NCBI GenBank assembly: GCA_051453625.1
Contig: JBOZIK010000001.1
Location: forward strand, 27,988,154-28,033,413
DNA from: Welwitschia mirabilis
Lineage: Eukaryota
DNA length: 45,260 bases
Direction of reading: 5' to 3'
Position 1 is the stretch's first letter. Each line of letters begins with the position of its first letter. The position numbers and the translations under genes are program-made. Below the pieces are notes generated by a model, which had not been told where the DNA came from, did not search any database, and saw only the letters and a list, made by a program, of their open reading frames with translations. Positions 1 to 11,149 of the stretch are shown piece after piece.

Positions 1-464
1 CTTCCATTGAGACCCAGCTATTTTGTAACCTAGATATTATTACCATTTTAATATAAATCTTGATTTTATTTTATGTTTACATGTTAGGTTTCCTTATGTC
101 TCTTATAGTCTAATGTTTCCTTTGATCTTGTGATAATTTCTTAGGTGATATAAATTATCAAGGATAGCCTTTATTAAGGTTGAAAAGCAAGTAGGATTAG
201 GATTATTTGCATTGCATGTTAGTTTAGATTACATCTTGCACTTTGTATGGTAGTTTATTTTCTTGCATTGTTATCTATTATTTCTACTTCCTAAGTTAAT
301 TTGCAAAAGCAACCTAAGTCTTATACTGGTAGACTTTAATAAGATATGACATTTAGGGTCACTTTCATTATACTAGTAATATGTATTGTGCATAATATCT
401 ATTTTAATTATTAATGACAGGATATAATTAAACATAAAAGCATGCAAAAATACACATCACAACA
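1..464 (+). mobile_element. 3' portion of an Athila-like Ty3/gypsy LTR (solo or 3' LTR), inserted into a copia element
   Basis: Aligns by eye with 35450-35916 (e.g. gcattgcatgttagtttagat; tatactagt) and ends ...tacacatcacAACA at 464. It is followed directly by copia sequence (cttatgct...cctatggcaattaatgcata, cf. 3013-3050), with no PBS. Confidence 0.85.
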
Positions 465-1760
465 CTTATGCTACTTATTTACCTATGGCAATTAATGCAT
501 AAAATTGATTTGGCCATATTTCAAGATTATATGTTTTGCCTTGATTATCACTAATTGTGCAACTATTCTAATCAAATGAAAATTTGATTTCTTTTACCAT
601 TAATTATCCAACAAAAATAAGAGAATTGTGAAACTTTGAAATATAAAAAACATCATGTACATTAATGTACCTATTATTATTTAAGATAAGATTAACATTA
701 CTAATATCTTTAATGAATGTACCATCTTCCACTTTAATAAAAAATAAATTCATGGGCCTGAAATTTTAACATATGTCTCTGTGAGGTGTCATGTGATTAA
801 AACATTTACTATTTATAATCCATGTAGAAGAATCAGGAAGTTTTATAGTGATCATAGCTAAAAATTTAAAGGCCCTTCTTCAATGCCTTTTTCTTTATCA
901 TTTTTCACCTGTAATAAGTTAAGACACCATAATCTGATGAAGATGATGAATTTTCTTTAATGGTCAATGATGGAAAGCTAATCTTCCACTAATGTTTGTA
1001 TTCTATATGACATTTTTTTTTTATAATTTATGCATCAAACATAACTTTTCTTTTGATTTAAAGGCTATCCATATGATGAACTATTATTAGAAGATAAATT
1101 TCTTCTTCCTGTCAAATTGTATTGTCTTTTATCTCTTGAATTAGTTCCTCTTCCTCTTTACTATTCTCTAAAAGTTTAATTACCACTTCTAAAGGTATCA
1201 AAATGTTTTTCCTCTTTTTCTTTTTGTCTTTAATAATTAGTTCTTCCTCTACCTATTTTATTGCTTGCTAATTTCTTGCTAGAAATATATTATTGTTTGA
1301 GATGTCATATACTTTCAAATCTTTTAAGATCATTAATTGAGAAACTAACTCATTAGTTTTTATACATTAACATCCTTAGTTTATATAGTGATGATCATGC
1401 ATTATTTATATCTATGATTATTACAAAATACCTGAATTAACCTATTAATCTTTTATTTAGTATTAAGTCCATAACCATATTCATTCAAATTTCATAAAAT
1501 TGTATACATGATATTAAGAAAATGATTATGTGATTTACCTCTTTGAATATAAATATAATCAAATTCCTTTTTATAACTTATTTGTTTGGTTTGTTTATTT
1601 TGAATTATGCTTTTTAATTTTGATTGAAGCTAGTCCAAATACTCCTTTGATGTACCTTTGATAATAATTCTTATACTAATTACTTTTGATATATAACTAC
1701 ATATTATCATTTTAGGTAGTGCATCTACGTTTTGATTTAAATCATGTTTCCTATTTTAGC
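465..1760 (-). pseudogene. gag: Ty1/copia gag/zinc-knuckle/protease remnant, copy 1
   Basis: Colinear with 3013-3565, 4365-4920 and 7820-8830. A degenerate protease motif (W..xSxCxNHMT type) lies at ~790-825. Many stops and frameshifts. Confidence 0.85.
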
Positions 1761-1767
1761 TAGTGTA

Positions 1768-4700
1768 AATCCATTTTGAATCAATTATTTTCTTACCTTT
1801 TTGCCTGTCAACAATCTTTCATGTATCATTTTTTATAATGTCTTCCATTTCTTTGTCCATTGTCTCTTTCCACGTTAGAGATACAATTACTTCATCAACT
1901 AAATTTGGCTCATTTATTAGTTTTAAATAAGCAACATGAGTATAGTTTATCTGACTTCTTATAAATCTTCTGTTAAAATAGTAATCAAGAAATTGAATTG
2001 AAGGATAATATCTTAAAAATTTTGATAAAATTTCTAGTTGATTATAGGTGAATTTTGGCTATTCATTATTTTCTTCATCCATGAAGTATCTAAGACCAAT
2101 TTTGGATTTATTAAACTTCACATATCTTAAAATGATAAATTTATGGCTAATAGGCTCAAAACAATGGTATGCAAAAGACTTGATATAATAGCCAACTAAA
2201 ATGAATTTTTTTACTCTTGCATATATTTTTGATGTTAATTAACTTAGAATATGCACCCAACATATACAACCAAATATTTTTAAATGAGATAGCACTGATG
2301 CCATTTTGAAAATGAGCTTATAAGGTTTCGTATCTTGGTTGGCTAATGTAATACCTCTATTGAGAAGATAAATTACTATTATAATAACCTCACACCAATA
2401 TGTATTTAGGAACTTATCTTAAAGAAAAAAACATCTAGCCATTTCTTGAATTATGCCATTTTTTCTTTCTATAATGCCATTAGATTAATAAAAATAGGAA
2501 CATGTGATTTGCTTTTGATTGTCACATTCATTACAAAATTGTATAAATTATTCATTCACAAATTCACCACTTTTGTCACTTCTAATTTTCTTTATTTTTA
2601 TGTTCAATTGATTTTCAACATTATTTTTGAAATATTTAAAGGTGGAGAAAGACTCATCTTTTGAATTCAATAAGAAAGACCAATCAAATCTTGAATAATC
2701 ATCCATAATAATGATAAAATAACTAGAGCCTTTGTATGTAGAAGCTTGCATTAGTTTGACAAGATTCATGTGAACCAACTTTAATGGTTATGTCTCCCAT
2801 TCCATTGTGCTATTATGAGAACTTTCCTTTTCTTTGCCATTGATGCATGTTTCACATATTTCATTTAAAATAAAGGAGTATCTAATTTCCAACACACATT
2901 GATTTTTTTTCATCTTTATAATATTTTGATATGTGCAATGACCTAATCTCATATGCCATTAAAATTGCATAGTCTTTAATCAAAAGAAACATAAAAATTA
3001 CTTCTGACCTTTCTTATGCTTCTTTTCCACCTATGGCAATTAATGCATAAATCTAATTTGGCAATCTTTTAAGATTATATGTTTTTCCTTAATTATCTAT
3101 AATTGTGCAACCATCCTCATCAAATGATTCTTAGATTTCTTTTACTATCATTTATCCAATAGAAAGAAGAGAATTGGATAACTTTGGAACATAAAAAACA
3201 TCATACCTTACTGTACCCATCATTTTAATGAATACATCATCTCCCACTTTAATGGAACCTAAATTTATGGGTTTGAAATTTTAACACATCTCTTTATGAG
3301 GTTTTATGTAATTAGAATGTCCACTATTCACAATCCATGTAGAAGAATCAGGAGGTTTGGTATTGATCATAGCTCACAAATTTGAAGGCCCTCCTTCAAT
3401 GCCTTTTTATTTCTCATTTTACACCTATGATAAGTTAAGACACCATCATCTTATAACTTATATGTACTTTCTTCAATAGTCAAGGATGGAAAGCTAATCT
3501 TTCACTAACATTTGTCTTCTATATGATCTATTTTTTTACAATTTATAAAAAAATATAAATTTTCTNNNNNNNNNNNNNNNNNNNNNNNNNNNNNNNNNNN
3601 NNNNNNNNNNNNNNNNNNNNNNNNNNNNNNNNNNNNNNNNNNNNNNNNNNNNNNNNNNNNNNNNNNNNNNNNNNNNNNNNNNNNNNNNNNNNNNNNNNNN
3701 NNNNNNNNNNNNNNNNNNNNNNNNNNNNNNNNNNNNNNNNNNNNNNNNNNNNNNNNNNNNNNNNNNNNNNNNNNNNNNNNNNNNNNNNNNNNNNNNNNNN
3801 NNNNNNNNNNNNNNNNNNNNNNNNNNNNNNNNNNNNNNNNNNNNNNNNNNNNNNNNNNNNNNNNNNNNNNNNNNNNNNNNNNNNNNNNNNNNNNNNNNNN
3901 NNNNNNNNNNNNNNNNNNNNNNNNNNNNNNNNNNNNNNNNNNNNNNNNNNNNNNNNNNNNNNNNNNNNNNNNNNNNNNNNNNNNNNNNNNNNNNNNNNNN
4001 NNNNNNNNNNNNNNNNNNNNNNNNNNNNNNNNNNNNNNNNNNNNNNNNNNNNNNNNNNNNNNNNNNNNNNNNNNNNNNNNNNNNNNNNNNNNNNNNNNNN
4101 NNNNNNNNNNNNNNNNNNNNNNNNNNNNNNNNNNNNNNNNNNNNNNNNNNNNNNNNNNNNNNNNNNNNNNNNNNNNNNNNNNNNNNNNNNNNNNNNNNNN
4201 NNNNNNNNNNNNNNNNNNNNNNNNNNNNNNNNNNNNNNNNNNNNNNNNNNNNNNNNNNNNNNNNNNNNNNNNNNNNNNNNNNNNNNNNNNNNNNNNNNNN
4301 NNNNNNNNNNNNNNNNNNNNNNNNNNNNNNNNNNNNNNNNNNNNNNNNNNNNNNNNNNNNNNNNTCTTTCCCTTCTTGGCTTTAATAATTTGTTCTTCCT
4401 CTACCTCTTTTATTTCTTCCTCCTCTAGCATGCTGATTTATTGATAGAAATGCATTATTATTTGAGATGTCATATACTTTCAAATCTTCCAAGGTCTTTA
4501 ACTAAGAAACTAACTCATTAGTTTGTACACATTAACATCATTGGTTTGTAGAGTAGTAATCATGAATTATCTATATCTATGATTATTATAAAATACTTGA
4601 ATAAACCTGTTAAGCTCTTATCTTGTACTAAGTCCATAATCATATTCATCCAAATTTCATAAAACTGTATACATTATATTAAGAAAATGATTATGTAGTT

Positions 4701-5084
4701 CATCTCTTTGAAAATAGATATCATCAAATTGCTTTTTGTACCTTATTTATTTGATCTGTTTATTTTGAATTATGCTTTCCAATTTGATTGAAGATACTTC
4801 CAACACTCCTTTAATGTACGTTTGATAATAATTATTGTACTAATTACTTCTAATATATAATTGCATGTTATCATTTTAGCTAGTGCATTTGCCTTTTTAT
4901 TTAAGTCATGTTTCTTATTTTATTTTCTCTTCAATACATCCAAATTGAAAATAGAGAAAAATCCATTTTTTACACCATTCTAATACTCATTAATTTGTAA
5001 TAAAGATTTCATCAAATGAGATCAGTATGAGAACTCTTGTAATATATTGAAAATAATAGAACATTTTGGAATTTCCTTAGCCAT
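1768..5084 (-). pseudogene. pol: Ty1/copia gag-protease-integrase-RT(N-term) remnant, copy 2 (N gap 3566-4364)
   Basis: gag start MAKEIPK...SHLMKSLLQINE at 5084; protease STWIVNSGHSNY (~3310-3345); integrase YFIIIMDDYSRFDWSFLLNSKDE...IKKIRSDKSGEF (ORF 2548-2778); RT start WKETMDKEMEDIIKNDT..IVDR.KGKKIIDSKW (~1771-1875). Integrase precedes RT, the copia domain order. Confidence 0.93.
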
Positions 5085-5170
5085 GACTTTAAAATTAAAT
5101 TGAAACAAACTTTCTTTCAATAAAGTAATATCCACAGAACTTTATTTTGAAGTAATGTATTAATATTTTA

Positions 5171-5183
5171 TGCTATGATACCA
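5171..5183 (-). promoter_or_regulatory. Primer binding site (initiator Met tRNA type) of copia copy 2
   Basis: Minus strand reads TGGTATCATAGCA, one mismatch from canonical TGGTATCAGAGC, 3 nt from the LTR end at 5187. Confidence 0.88.
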
Positions 5184-5186
5184 TTT

Positions 5187-6297
5187 TGTCAGTGGAAGCT
5201 TGGTAAGCCTTACTAATTTTGGCTAGTTTGAAGATGTATTAGAGAAGCACAGATGTCTTTGACTTATTGGATGTATTTAATGAGTTTTAAAAAGTTGATA
5301 GAAGACATCTTTGATGTGTTAGAAATCTTTCTTGAAAGTTCTATAAGTAAATTTCAATTCTGTGAAGATGTCTTTAATTTGGTAGATGTTTAGAGCTTTA
5401 ATGACTAGAAAAACTAAATTTTATCAAGATATCTTTAAGGCTAAAGACATCTATTTCATGGATTTGAGACATCTAAAAATTTCAATATGTCTAACCTATA
5501 AGATAGTTTTTAAATGGGTTTTAAAAAATGCTAAAATGAAGTCCTAATGATGAAATTTTAAGGCTAACTCATCTACTACCATGTGTTTTTTAAAAGTCAA
5601 TTTAATCCCTCAAAAACAACATTTTTTCATTTTTAATCACATATGAAATTATTTTCTTCTTTATACAAAACAACATAACAAACTCTTGAAAAGATTAAAT
5701 CCTTTAAGAAATCTTTAAATATAATCAAACTTTCATTGAATTCCACAATTTTGATTTTGAATATTTCTTATTTGATGATATGAATTCTTATTTCATTAAA
5801 ATAACTTAATCTTTAATAAGTCTCAATCTATTTAAGCATCAAATGAACTTGAAGTGGAAGCATGAAACATGATCAAGCTAAATTCCCTTAAGCTACTAAA
5901 ATATCAATTCTTATTCAAGCTTATTAAAGTAAAAATGGATTATATATGAATCTTTCAAACATGGAATTAAGCATCAAGCATAAATGTTGCAAAAATGGAG
6001 CAACTATAATGAATCTTTGATTTGGCAAAATTTTATTCATCTATTTAAGAGGTATCAAGCTTCCAATACAATTTGTTCCTATCTACATGATTTTATACTT
6101 TAAGTGGATGATATTCCATTCCATCTCACTAATGTGGAATAAATGTCATTTATTTTTTTATAAAAAATCATAAATTCCTAAAACCTATATTTGGAAAACC
6201 CAAAAAATAAACCTATCTAACTAATTAACATTAAGAAATACATGAAAAACATTTTGTACAACATTATGATGGTTACATTAGATCACACAATATGACA
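5187..6297 (-). mobile_element. Complete Ty1/copia LTR (~1.1 kb), shared between copies 2 and 3
   Basis: Terminal inverted repeats TGTCA (5187)...TGACA (6297), with a PBS on one side and a PPT on the other. Homologous to ~8890-9844. Confidence 0.9.
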
Positions 6298-6312
6298 ATC
6301 CCTCCTTTGGGA
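6298..6312 (-). promoter_or_regulatory. Polypurine tract of copia copy 3
   Basis: Minus strand catcatccCAAAGGAGGGAT lies immediately before the LTR start TGTCA and resembles the copia/Sirevirus-type CAAAGGGGGAGAT PPT. Confidence 0.8.
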
Positions 6313-6349
6313 TGATGTGATTAGAATTGGAATCTTTAACTTTAATTAA

Positions 6350-8832
6350 GTTTAGATTTAAAACGAAACTCTTAATCTTAAATGAAGGTAGCCTAATTTT
6401 TATAAGATCTACCCATTGTGCTTTAGTTAAAATATACATGGACCTTACAAATCCTTTCTTAACTTTATCTTTGATAAAATAGTATTTGATTTCAATATAC
6501 TTCTTTTGTTTGTAGCCTCTTGTTACTAACCTTGCCTTATAACCTTTGATATTATAATTTTCATCTAATTTTGTTTTGAAAATCCATTTTGAATCAATTA
6601 TCTTATTATTGTTTAGCCTATCAACAATCTTCCATCTATTATTTTCATAATGAATTCCATTTCCTTGTCCATTACCTCTTTTTAAATCGGAGATACAATT
6701 TCTTAATTAATTGAATTTAGCTCAATTACTAATGCTAAAAAAGCAACATGAGTATAGTTTATCTAACTTCTTATAAATCTTCTATTAAAATGTTAATCAA
6801 GAATTTGAATTGGAGGGATGATATCTTAAAAATTTTGATGAAATTTGTGGTTGATTAGAGGTGAATTTTGGCTATTCATTATTTACTTCATCCATAAACT
6901 GTTTAAGTTTAAACTTGGATTCATTAAACTTTACAACTCTTGAAATGAGGTATTTATGAATAATTGGCACAAAGTAATGGTATGTCCAAGACTTGATATC
7001 ATAGCCAAAAAAAATTTATTTTTTCATTCTTGCATCTAGTTTTAATGTTAGTTAATTTGGAATATGCATCCAACATATGCAACCAAATATTTTAAATGAC
7101 ATAGCACTGGTGCTCTTTTGAAATGAGCTCATAAGGTGTCTTACCTTAGTTGGCTAATGTAATACCTCTACTAAGAAGATAACTTACTGTTCTAAGAACA
7201 TCATCCTAATATGTATTTAACAACTTAGCTTAAATAAGTAAACATATAGCCATTTCTGGAATTATACCATTTTTCCTTTCTATAATGCCATTACATAAGA
7301 AAAATAGGCACATGTGATTTGGTTTTGATTGTTACATTCATTACAAAATTGCATAAAATCTTCATTTATAAATTCACCACTTTTTTCGCTTCTAATTTCT
7401 TTGATTTTTGTGTTTAATTAATTTTCAACATTATTCTTGAAATATGTAAAGATTAAGAAAGCCTTGTCTTTTTATTTCAATAAGAGAGACCAATCATATC
7501 TTGATAAATCATCCATAATAACATAAAATACCTATATTATTTGAATGTAGAAACTTGCATTGGTTCAACAAGGTCCATGTAAACCAACTCTAATGGTTGT
7601 ATCTCCTAGTCCATTGTGCTATTATGAGGACTTATCTTTTGTTTTCCTTTAAGGCATGTTTTACATATTTTATTTGGAATAAAGGAGTATTTGATTTCCA
7701 ACACGCTTTTCTTTTTTATCATCTTCATAATATTTTGAAATGTGTGATGGCCTAATCTCATATGCCATGAAATTATATCATCTTTAATTAAAAGAAACAT
7801 AGAAATTACTTCTAACCTTTCTTATTCTTCTTATCCACCCATGGAAATTAATGCATAACTCTAATTTGATGATTTTTTAAGATATATGTTTTTCCTTGAT
7901 TATCTATAATTGTGTAATCATCTTCATCAAATGAAACTTTAATTCCTTTTACCATAATTTTTTCCAATAGAAAGCAGAGAATTGGAAAACTTTGAAACAT
8001 AAAACAAATCATGTACATTAATGTATCTATCATCATTTAAGATTAGATTTACATCACTAATACCTTTAACTTTAATGAATGCACCATCTCCCACTTTAAT
8101 GGAATCTAAATCCATGGGCCTAAAATTTTAAAACATGTCTCTATGAGATGTCATGTGATTAAAACATCCACTATCCATAATTCATGTAGTATAATTAGGA
8201 GTTTTTGTGATAATCATAGCTAAAAAATTTAAAGGTCCTCCTTTAATGCCTTTTTCTTTATCCTTTTGCACCTATGATAAATTAAGATACCATTATCTTA
8301 TGACTTAGATGTATTTTATTCATTGGTCAAGGATGGAAATACAATCTTCCATAAACATTTGTCTTTTATATGATCTAGAGTTTTATAATTTGTAAACCAA
8401 ACATAAAGTTTCTTTTGATTTGAACACTATCCATATGATGAAGCATTATTAGAAGAGAAATTTTCTCTTCTAATGAAATTGTATTGTCTTTTATCTCTTG
8501 GATTTGTTCCTCTTCCTCTTTGTTATCCTTTAAAACTTTAATTTCTACTTCTAAAGGTCTGAGAATCATTTGACTCTTTCTCTTCTTTCCTTTAATAATT
8601 TGTTATTCCTCTACCTCTTTTATTACTTCCTCCTCTAGCATGATGATTTCTTGCTAGAAATGAATTATTATTTGAGATGTCATATACTTTCAAATCTTTC
8701 AAGGTCTTTAATTAAGAAACTAACTTATTAGTTTGTAGACATTAAGATACTTGGTTTGTAGAGTGGTGATAATGGATTATCTATATCTATGTTAATATTT
8801 ATCTAGTACTAAGTCCATAATCATATTCATTC
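6350..8832 (-). pseudogene. pol: Ty1/copia gag(part)-protease-integrase-RT/RNase H deletion remnant, copy 3
   Basis: Protease IMDSGCFNHMT (~8150-8185); GAG-pre-integrase WHMRLGH...CKTCLKGKQ (ORF 7606-7800); RT KWIFKTKLDEN...YKARLVTRGYKQ runs directly into the RNase H tail KYIEIKYYFIKDKVKKG (~6450-6590). Confidence 0.92.
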
Positions 8833-8834
8833 AA

Positions 8835-9844
8835 ATATTATTACGTGATTAAAGACATCTTCATGATCACGTGATTCACCTATTAATCTTTAATTCTATG
8901 AAGATGTATTTAATCTAACAGATGTATAGCCTTTTAATAACTAGATAAACTAGATTTTTTCAAATGTCTTTAAGGCTAAAGATGTCTATTTCATGGATTT
9001 GAAATATCTACAAATTTCAAGACGTCTAACCTATAAGGTAGTTTTGAAATTTGGTCTAAGAAATGCTAAAACAAAGTTATAATGATGAAATTTAAAGGCT
9101 AATTGATTTACTAACATGTGTAGAAGAAATATAACACTTTAAAAGTGAATTTAAAAACTCAAAAACATCATTATTTCATGATCTTTCATTAAATACAAAA
9201 TTCTTTTCTTCTTTATATAAAATGATATAACAAATCTTTTAAATTATTAAATCATTCAAGAAACCTTTAAAGATCATCAAAATTTCATTAAATTTTATAA
9301 TTTTAATTTTGAATCTTGCTTATTTGATTATATAAATTTCTATTTCATCAAAATAACCTAATCTTTAATAAGTTTAATGTAATTAAGCATCAAATAAATT
9401 TAAAATTAAAGCATAAAATATGATCAAGCTAAATTTCCTTAAGCTACTAAAACATCAATTGTTATTGAAGCTTATTAAAGTATAAAAGGAGCATATAATA
9501 ATCTTTCAAACATGAAATAGTGCATCAAACACAAATGCAGCAAAAATAGAGCAGGTATAATGAATCTTTAATTTGGTAGAATTTTTTTCATCTTCAAAAG
9601 GTATCGAGCTTTCATACAATTTTTCTCCTGTTTACATGCTTTTATACTTGAAGTGGATGGAATTTCATACCATGTCATCAATATAGGATAAATGCATTTT
9701 CTTTTTCTAAAAAAACATAAATTCCTAAAACCTATGTTGACATAACCCAATAAATAGACCTCTCTAATTAATTAACATTAATGAATACATGAAAAACATT
9801 ATGTGCAACATTATGATGATCACATCAGACCACATAATATAATT
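8835..9844 (-). mobile_element. Truncated 5' LTR of copia copy 3
   Basis: Colinear with 5350-6297 (e.g. tgatcaagctaaatt.cctt.agctactaaa; catgaaaaacatt). The PBS-proximal end, the PBS and the gag N-terminus are missing; the terminus is degenerate. Confidence 0.85.
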
Positions 9845-10826
9845 AAGGATAGGGTAAAACTAGGTAAGGGAGTGTATGAAGAAGTAACTAAAAGCTAAAA
9901 AATAGAAATCACTATCCCCATAATGCTATAATCAAGAAACAAGAAGAGAAATAAATCTAGAAGGTATTAGAGGCTAAGGATAAAAGAGAAAGAAAGATGT
10001 GATCCAGAAATATTTTTAAAAATGGGAGAGAAGACTAGCAATAGTCAGAAGAGGATTATAAGCTAGAGATCAAGAGGAGTGAATCTCTAAGAACATCTTG
10101 AAAAGAAGAGTAGCACTCTTTCCAATCCCATGTATTACCTAAAAAAAAAAAGAAATTTCATTATAACTCTATAAACGTATTGCATTAGTTGAATTTAAGA
10201 ACTAAAGAGTTATTTATAATGCTATTATAGTGAGCTACTATTTTATTAAAAAGGTCAATTTCTCATATCTCTACTTCTTATATCTTTAGCTAGAAGGGAT
10301 ATTTTAGTACTTAAAAATAGATATTGTTTAGCACTACTACAAAATGTTTTTTAATATTTAATTCTAGGCTTGTATTTTGTGTATATAATAATGTCATTGA
10401 ATAATATCACTTTGCATAGTAAATAAATTACAACTTATAAACAAGTTATTTCTCAACTTAAAAGATCTAAGCCAGTGTTCTCAATAGTTAATTCCTAGGA
10501 ATACAATTTGGATTGAGTCAGTTAGCAATTTGACTATCTTTATTAGTTTTGTAGTAATGCACTAGCTAGTAGTTTTAATACTATATTATTTAATTTATTG
10601 TATTCTTACACTCTTTTTATATAAAAATATGTATTCATTAGTGACTACCAATATTACATAACCTTATCCTCAAGTTTTCAATGAAGAGCTTCTCTTAAGA
10701 TTCTAACTCCAAGATCTCTTACCTTTTTTTTATTAATTTCTACTCCAAATGTAGACTCTTCATCACATCATATCCTCTTATTTTTAATTCTATAAGAGAA
10801 GTATTAATCATGAAGGTGCCCTCTAA

Positions 10827-11149
10827 TGTTATCCTATTTCACATTTTAGGAAAAAATAGAATTCAAACTTTGTAAATTCTTTATAAATTTATTCTCTCTA
10901 AATATAACATATTTATTACACATATATTTCATTTTAACATAACATATTTCTTACACCAATATTTCTTGTAAATATTCTAATTTAAATTAATGCACATTAT
11001 GACTACATGGTAATTACATGTGATGCCTACATGACAGTTGTATAGGGGAGATTTTATTCTTCTTATACACATACTAAAACCTTAGTAAAGAGGCCCCTAA
11101 CTAGGAAATATATTATTTATTTTTATTTTTAAAGGATTATACTACATCA
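10827..11149 (-). mobile_element. Probable 3' LTR (part) of the CRM-like element
   Basis: Starts TGATG (typical CRM LTR terminus) right after a PPT-like tract at the end of pol. The distal boundary (…ataACA at 10827) is tentative. Confidence 0.4.

Noticed and set aside
3505..4431. Long ORFs in the track spanning N runs (also 11355-11985, 21240-21812, 24126-24617, 36454-36672, 37252-37591)
   Set aside because: Their length comes from assembly gaps translated as X; they are not genes.
5231..5492. Semi-regularly spaced short repeats resembling a CRISPR-like array
   Set aside because: The repeats are only ~8 bp, irregularly spaced and inside a plant LTR, with no cas genes; LTR palindromic motifs explain them.
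9845..10826. Possible further LTR (ending ...attACA near 10657) and a chromodomain-like scrap (EEST...LEDKV-like) at ~10660-10800
   Set aside because: No second copy, PBS, PPT or convincing frame in the window; likely TE-derived but not supportable.
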